Assembly: GCF_009914755.1 (NCBI RefSeq) | Contig: NC_060937.1 | Direction: 5' to 3' (one strand) | Source: the human T2T-CHM13v2.0 reference genome, Homo sapiens | Length of the DNA: 64,000 nucleotides | Part shown: in pieces, positions 54,071-64,000 of the stretch | Layout: each line of letters opens with the position of its first letter | How positions within the stretch are numbered: position 1 is the stretch's first letter | The notes under the pieces: model-generated | Seen by the model: the letters and a program-made list of their open reading frames with translations, nothing else | Database searches by the model: none | Told to the model about the DNA's origin: nothing | Program-made: the position numbers and the translations under genes

Positions 54071-55084
54071 GTCTATTATAATCTATAGGAAGAAAGCAGA
54101 TTGAATACATACACATTAATGGGAAATAGGGTCAGATGAAAACCACAAGATACAGCTGAATACTTAAAGCCTGTCAGCACTCTCTGATCTGCCTTTCTGA
54201 TCCTACTCTGCTCCAGGCAGTGGCACTATTCCTTCTGACCCTGACCTTCTGCATTTCTAGCTTTAGCTTGGTAACCTGATTGTGATTTTCTGGAATACCG
54301 GCTATAATCAATCAGTACATGAGTAACAATAAGATTTCCCCAGTACCTCCAGATAAGGTTATGCAGTGATGATAAAATTAAGAAGATTCAATATTAGTTG
54401 GGTAGTTCTTCCTTCCTTATTTTTGCTTATCTGGATTTTCTATTTTATTCTACAATAAAATTCTTTTTAAATAATAATAAGGGAAATTTTTTTCAAAAGA
54501 GGTACAAGCTCAGCTATGTCCTAATGAAAACTGAGAGGTAATACTACAAACAAGTCAAATCAAAGACTGTAAGCTAATGCAGAATTAGTAAGGTGAACCG
54601 ACTAGATAACCTGGGGCAAATCATTAAATGTTCTCAGTGTGTTCTTATCTATAAAATTAAGTGGGAGGTTATAATGAAATGAGTTCTGGACTCCTTTTAT
54701 TCTAGCATGCTATGATTCTCTTCAGGCATCATAATTTTTAGTTATTCTTTTGAATATTTTCAATTTTCCATAAGAATACTTTTTTATATTTTCTCTGAAC
54801 TTGTTGATAAGGAATTTACCATGCTAATATTTGAAGTAAGAGCTAATCATTTTATAATCTCATGGTTTTATACCTAAAATGAAAACATTTCTAAATCCAG
54901 ATCCTTTGGCTGAAAGTATTTGCTATAGGTATTTTCCCCTGATAGTAAATTCAGTGATGGATGGGTGGATGGATGAGCGTTTCCATATGCATTGACAATA
55001 TGAGGCGAGCCACACAAAGCTACTGTTAACTGGGTAATGGAGTGGGAGCAGTGCTGTGACGCAGAGGAGGAGAAATAAGAGCTT

Positions 55085-55118
<34 letters not shown>

Positions 55119-55138
55119 ACACTTAGGTCTTCTTCTGA

Positions 55139-55437
<299 letters not shown>

Positions 55438-56217
55438 AAGACTTTTTTTAATGTGCTTTTTTATATGTATACAAATGTTTTACAGTGTACAAGTGATATT
55501 TACATCTGAAGGCAACCTCAAAATTCCCTTTTTTAGAAAAGCTCTGGCCTTTGAAATGACATATGTGACAGAGTCATTGTTCAGGCACTTAGTGTACCAA
55601 CAAAAACTAATTGAACCACAGAATGTAAGTGCCTTAAGGACAGAAACTGTATTCCTTTTGTTTTGCATAGCATCTGAACAAAGCAGATACTCAATAAATA
55701 TTTGCTGAAGAGAAAAAAAGGAGTTATTTGTCTCCCCAGTTTAGTTATGTTCTTAGCTGTTAAAACTCTAAACTGGGTGGGGAACTTTAATGTTAAAGTA
55801 AACTACAGGGAGAATGAAAGCTTCACCTCCCATGACTCTAGTTAGTGCTACTTCTGCAACAGGCAACTTAAGTCTTCTTTATTCAGAAACACCCAGTTCA
55901 TTCCCACTAATCACCTACTTTCACTCTTAAGGTAGCTTTTTGCTGTGCTATCCCTTTTTTCCCAGCCTCACTTATCTCTTTCTTAGAAAAACCTAGAGCT
56001 ATTCTAATCTGATTTAGAACAACTTTCCTCTTTCCTTCCTGAGCAGTATGGGACTCTTTTGCTGCTTTTCTGCTGCCATCCTATTCGAAAATAGAATTTA
56101 TACTCAGGATTCACATCATTGTCATTATTTTCTCAATACCTTATTAAAAATGCAGATACTAGCAACTCTACTTTTAGTCTTTTCACCAAGTAGATTGTAA
56201 GCATTAAAACAAAAAAG

Positions 56218-58047
<1,830 letters not shown>

Positions 58048-58249
58048 TGTGATATTCACAAAATATTTTCTAACTTGTGCTCCTTTTTAATTGTTGAAGA
58101 ATAGGATGTCTAATATGTATTTTCTATATCTAGACTTTATTCCTTTCTTACTATATTCTTACGTCTGACTTTGGCCAATTCACTATCTGTTAATCCTTTC
58201 CCATAGTACAAAAGGGAAATAAAAGTAGATAGGTTATACCTAGTCACAT

Positions 58250-58770
<521 letters not shown>

Positions 58771-58786
58771 TTAAAAACTTTTTAAA

Positions 58787-59010
58787 GCCTGGGCAAAAAC
58801 TTTTGTGAGATCCTACCTTTACCAAAAAAAAAAAAAAAATTTTTTTTTTAAATTAGCCAGGCATGGTGGTATGTGCCTATGATGCTAAGCTACTTGGGAG
58901 TCTGAGGTGGGAGGATCACATGAGCCCAGGAGGTTGGGGCTGCAGTGAGCCATGTTCACGCCACTGCCCTCAACCCTGGATGACAGAACAAGACCCTGTC
59001 TCAAAATAAT
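58787..59010 (+). mobile_element. 5'-truncated AluJ
   Basis: Right arm plus an A16T10 linker. Confidence 0.82.
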
Positions 59011-59407
59011 ATATATAAAATGATGAAATATAAAATAAAAAATAAATTTAAATTTTTAATTTAATTTAAAAATTGTAAGTAGGTTACAAAAATAATTTTT
59101 CTCATTTATTCATGAGGTAAAGTTTATAATTTTATCAAAAATGGAACGTAGCAGTTATTTATAATATAGTAATATAATGAGTACAATTGGTTGTGTTTAG
59201 ACAAGTGACAAGGATGCCACACTAGGGTAGCGTCATCACAGAATCATGTCCTAACACTGTGCCTCCCAACATTTTTTATAACACACATGGAAAATTATAA
59301 TATTTCTATGGCACAACAGGATAACTGAACTTGCTGGTAGATTGAAGGGACTCCAGCCACCCCAGGCACTGGGGACTGAGGAGAACAAAAGCTCCACATA
59401 CCTGTAA

Positions 59408-59750
<343 letters not shown>

Positions 59751-60818
59751 GGTCTCACTTTTTTATGTTCAATGTAGACTCATCTCACCAAAGTATGACC
59801 GGACCTCAAAATATCTAGCTGTTTACATATACATTTTTAAATATTCATTTTTTAATTTCTAGTGTCAGGAACACTAATTGTAACCTCTTCCTGATGTTAT
59901 TTAATTTAGCTGGTGAGCTAAACTAGAAATCAGGAATTTTTTGGTGAGCATGGAACGAAGCTGACTGATCTCAGACAGCTTCACATTTTGTTAGTGATAA
60001 AGCCAGATCAACTGTCTTAAACTCACTTAAGTTGGGCCCTGCCTATGAGGACTTCTCAATATTTACTTATTTGATTTCCAGTTTATATCTTATTTGGAAA
60101 ACAAAGTAATGATATCTACCAGACATAGATTTTTTTTCCTTAGAGAAGTGGTACTGGTTAAACACTAATAGATTCTTAATTTCTAGCTCTTTTTTTAGAT
60201 TACAGGAGTAATCTGCCAGGCTTACTATGTCTGCATTTATCAGTCATCATTCTTTCTAATTTTAACTAACCCTCTCAATGGGTTATAATCCCCATGTTAT
60301 ATATTAACGTTTTAGCTGGCTAATTCTGGGTGACACAGAAGTATCTATCTTATCAATTATTTGTTTCCAAAATCACCTTGTAACATAGTAAATTACTTCT
60401 GGTAAGTTTCCAGTTAGTCTTGTCATTTGTTTCTGCAATGGCTTTGTGCTCTCTTTCCTAAATCTGGAATATAGTATACTTTAGGGCCTGTTAATACTCC
60501 ACTAACAATTTAAGGTTTTTATTAATTTGTATACATATATATATATATAATGTGTATGTAAAATATATATGCATATATAGTTTATATATATCTGTAAAGC
60601 ACTTCATATTATGAAGCCTATAAGCCTTATATTTAAAATAAGGACCCTACTCAGTTAAATGGTTAATCCCATTAATACCTGAAGCAGAATGTCAAATTTT
60701 GTCATATAAAGCACCATCTTATGGATATAAAGGGAAGTAACTTTAATAAAATAGAAAAAAGAAACACTGCTGATCAAAGAGCTAAAAGAATGGAATTATC
60801 AAAATAAAAAGCAGTTAA

Positions 60819-60938
60819 TTTTTGTTTTTGTTTTTTTTTTTTTTTGAGATGGAGTCTCACTCTGTCACCCAGGCTGGAGTGCAGTGGCGCAATCTTGGCT
60901 GACTGCAGCCTCCACCTCCTGGGTTCAAGCAGTTCTCC
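60819..60938 (-). mobile_element. 5'-truncated Alu, 3' end only
   Basis: TSD AAAA(G/T)CAGTTAATT. Confidence 0.88.
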
Positions 60939-61054
60939 AAAAATCAGTTAATTATACATCTGAATTATTTTGCTGTGCCCATTTTAACAATCAGTTACCA
61001 AGAGCCAGCAAACTCTATTGTATATTCTTTGTTCGTTTGTTTTTTACCTTTTAA

Positions 61055-61356
<302 letters not shown>

Positions 61357-62032
61357 TGTCAAAACCATTCTTAGCATGCACCCCATACAAGAACAGACCA
61401 TGGACCATAGTTTACTGATCCATGATCTATCTCAGGAGTTGATAAAAGCTTAGAAACTTCCAGTGTTTGGAACAGGGCTATCACTAATGGCTAGCACATT
61501 ACTGACTAAAATATCTGGAAATGAAGAATATACATTTTATGAAAATCAGAAATAAACTTTTCAGAAGCAGTATTATCTACTTGGAATCTGTTCAAATTTT
61601 GGTAGTGATGAGACTTACATACTAATGTAGGTGAGAAATCACTCTGACATACTCTATGCTAATGTAATTAACAGAGAACCTGAATTTCAGAGAATAATAT
61701 AACCGAAGGAAAAAGTTCACCAATCGAAGGATTGAAAATATCTTTGAATGATATAAGTAAATTTGAGTTCATACAGCAAAATATGCTGTTTCCATGCCTT
61801 ACTGGTTATTTACCATTTCCACTCAAAAATCAGGCTGTTGCTTAGAATCACAAGTACTACCCCTGATGCTTGTAAAGGGTGATGTTGCCTGATTAGTTAA
61901 AAGCATATTATTGCATTACTGTAGTAGAATTCTCTTTTGTCTTGCATAGTAGAAAGGCTTGAATAGACTCACATGAAACTTTATGCCCAGACTTAAATAG
62001 AACTGAAAGGCTTCTGTCACAGCAGACCCAAA

Positions 62033-62235
62033 CATTCATTCATTCATTGAAAAATGTTTATTGAGCACTTACTTTGTGCCAAGTACTATTCCAAGCAGTA
62101 GAGATATAAATAATTCCTGCCTCTGTGGATCTTACATTCATGGATAGAGATAGACTATAAACCGACAAACAAAAAAATAAATTGAATAAGATGTGAAAAC
62201 ATGACAAATGCTATGGAGAAAATGTATGAGGTAAC
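62033..62235 (-). mobile_element. L2 3' end
   Basis: CATTCATTCATTCATT...TTTATTGAGCACTTACTTTGTGCCA. Confidence 0.82.
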
Positions 62236-62439
62236 TGAGAAGTCCTCGATTTGCCCACTTTGCAAAATTAATAAATGGCTAGAACCTGTGCTTTAACCAC
62301 TGTACTATACGGTGCTCAAACCACAAAAATCAAAGAAGGCATGACATCGAACACCTACTGCTGGCGAGACACTTCCCTGCATGCTGAAGATACAACATGA
62401 GATAAGATAAATGGTATAAACTAAGAGTATAAGAGTCAG

Positions 62440-62962
62440 CATCTTTAGGAATTGTGTCCCACTGCTAGTTCAGCAGCTTTAGCAAATTGTTCAGTCTCTC
62501 ACATACAGGCCTGGAGATAACTATTTCAGGACAAGTATGTGGCCCTATGAAGTCATCAGGAACCTAGATTCCCTCTTCCTTTCTCTTCAACCATCCTTAG
62601 AGTGTGGCATCTGTTCTTAGAATCACAATATGGTTGCTCTGGCCTCAGCCATCATGTCTGCATTTTAAGCGGGAAGCGAGAAAAAGGGAGGAAAATAGTC
62701 TCCCTTTCCAAAGGAGTTTTTCCCTAAGTCCTACCCAACATCTTCAGCTTATATCCCATTGGCCAGAACTTAGTCGTGTGGCCACACCTAGCAGCAAGGA
62801 AGGCTGATAAATGTTTTATACAGGGTGAATCTATTGCTTTACTGATAAAATCAGAGTTCTGTTATTAAGAAGGGTGAAATAGATATAGGCTAGACAGCCA
62901 GCAACCTCTGCACTTGATCTCAGCCAAAAGGTCGAGGCGTGATCCCAGCAGCCTCTGTAACA
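62440..62962 (-). mobile_element. MLT1J-like LTR carrying the U2 insertion near its 5' end
   Basis: CATTGGCCAGAACTTAGTCGTGTGGCCACACCTAGC; AATCAGAGTTCTGTTATTAAGAAG; terminus CCTCTGTAACA. Confidence 0.8.
62908..62943 (-). pseudogene. 3'-truncated U2 snRNA retrocopy (U2 nt 1-36)
   Basis: Reverse complement ATCACGCCTCGACCTTTTGGCTGAGATCAAGTGCAG versus U2 5' end ATCGCTTCTCGGCCTTTTGGCTAAGATCAAGTGTAG, 30/36 identical. Flanked by direct repeats CCAGCA(A/G)CCTCTG at 62898-62910 and 62945-62957. Confidence 0.9.
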
Positions 62963-63849
62963 GGGTTTGATTCATTTTTATATACCCAGAACCTAACACA
63001 AGGACTGGCACAGAGTAGTTAGTCAAATAAATGCTATTAAACTAATCCCAAGTACAAATAATTGAGTTCATGTTGGAGAGTGTCAAGAAATAGGATTAGA
63101 TATGTAAGTATGGGCCAGATCCTAAAGGGGCCAGTCTTCTAAGTGAAATGTGGTTAGAACATGACAGTGATGGTGAAGTTCACCCAAAATAACCTGGGAA
63201 TAAGGAACATATCTTAGTCCTATGGGAACAGACTTTGAAATTAAAATGGTTGTGATAAGACATCTGAAAAGTCACCCTATGAAGTAGCAAGGCAGTTAAT
63301 CCCCAAGACAAGGTACACTTGACTGTGGCAAATCTGTCTCATTAACAGGAGGAGAAAACATATTAGGGGTGGGAGTAATGGTCTGCAGTGTAGCAGACAC
63401 AGATAAAAGGAGAGTCAGAAAGAACTGTCTGCCATTGAAATTCTTATACCGTCCTTTTTGAGTATTAAGATTCCTTTTTAATGCCAAAGTTTTTATTTAC
63501 CTTCTCCCTGTAAACACATAGTAGTAGTAAAAAGTTTAGTATCAGTTCATTGAGGAAATGCAAATGTACAAACCAATTCTGCATCCTTTGGTATAATCCC
63601 GAGGATCTGTAGCTTAGTTTATAGCAGTTGCTTTCACCTTTTTGGCCAGGAGTCACAGTTGAGAAAACAATTTACGTTATGACCTAGTAATGATCACACA
63701 GTTTCTCAAAACAGAACTTACCCCCACTATGGCCAATACTCTAATATTTTCTATGCTAGTTTTTTTTTTTTTTTTTTCTAAATTCTGTTCTTTTACCTAC
63801 TAGAGTTCATTACCCGTGGGTTGGGACCTGCAATTTGAAGAACAATGGT

Positions 63850-64000
63850 GGCCGGGTGCTGTGGCTCACACCTGTAATCCTAGCACTTTGGGAGGCCGAG
63901 GCAGGCGAATCACCTGAGGTCAGGAGTTCCAGACCAGCCTGGCTAACATGGTGAAACCCCATCTCTATTAAAAATACAAAAATTAGCCAGGGGTGGTGGT
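63850..64000 (+). mobile_element. AluS, truncated by the window end
   Basis: GGCCGGGTGCTGTGGCTCACACCTGTAATCC... Confidence 0.92.

Overview
Human genomic DNA. An AluYb8 at 40186-40498 is a human-specific subfamily. The window lies entirely inside the + strand gene PIBF1 (CEP90, chr13q21-22), recognised from the protein sequence. Three internal coding exons splice in frame (18805-18935, 27109-27193, 52329-52502; by my recollection exons 15-17 of 18, about residues 612-741). Everything else is intron, densely filled with about 50 Alu/FAM/FLAM/FRAM copies, L1PA/L1PB/L1M fragments, a THE1 MaLR provirus, MLT1 LTRs, L2, MIR and hAT MITEs (MER3, MER5, MER96, MER58). All ORFs in the track except 52281..52553 are repeat-derived or chance. 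I see no new multi-gene system. Strongest leads: (1) an inverted-repeat layout that could favour back-splicing of the first two exons into a 216-nt circle with a stop-free, ATG-containing endless ORF; (2) a tailless 36-nt U2 snRNA retrocopy with a target-site duplication; (3) a 15-aa alternative C-terminus from read-through of a weak donor; (4) a young AluYb8; (5) several templated-insertion and repair scars. Repeat subfamily calls and repeat boundaries are by eye and approximate.
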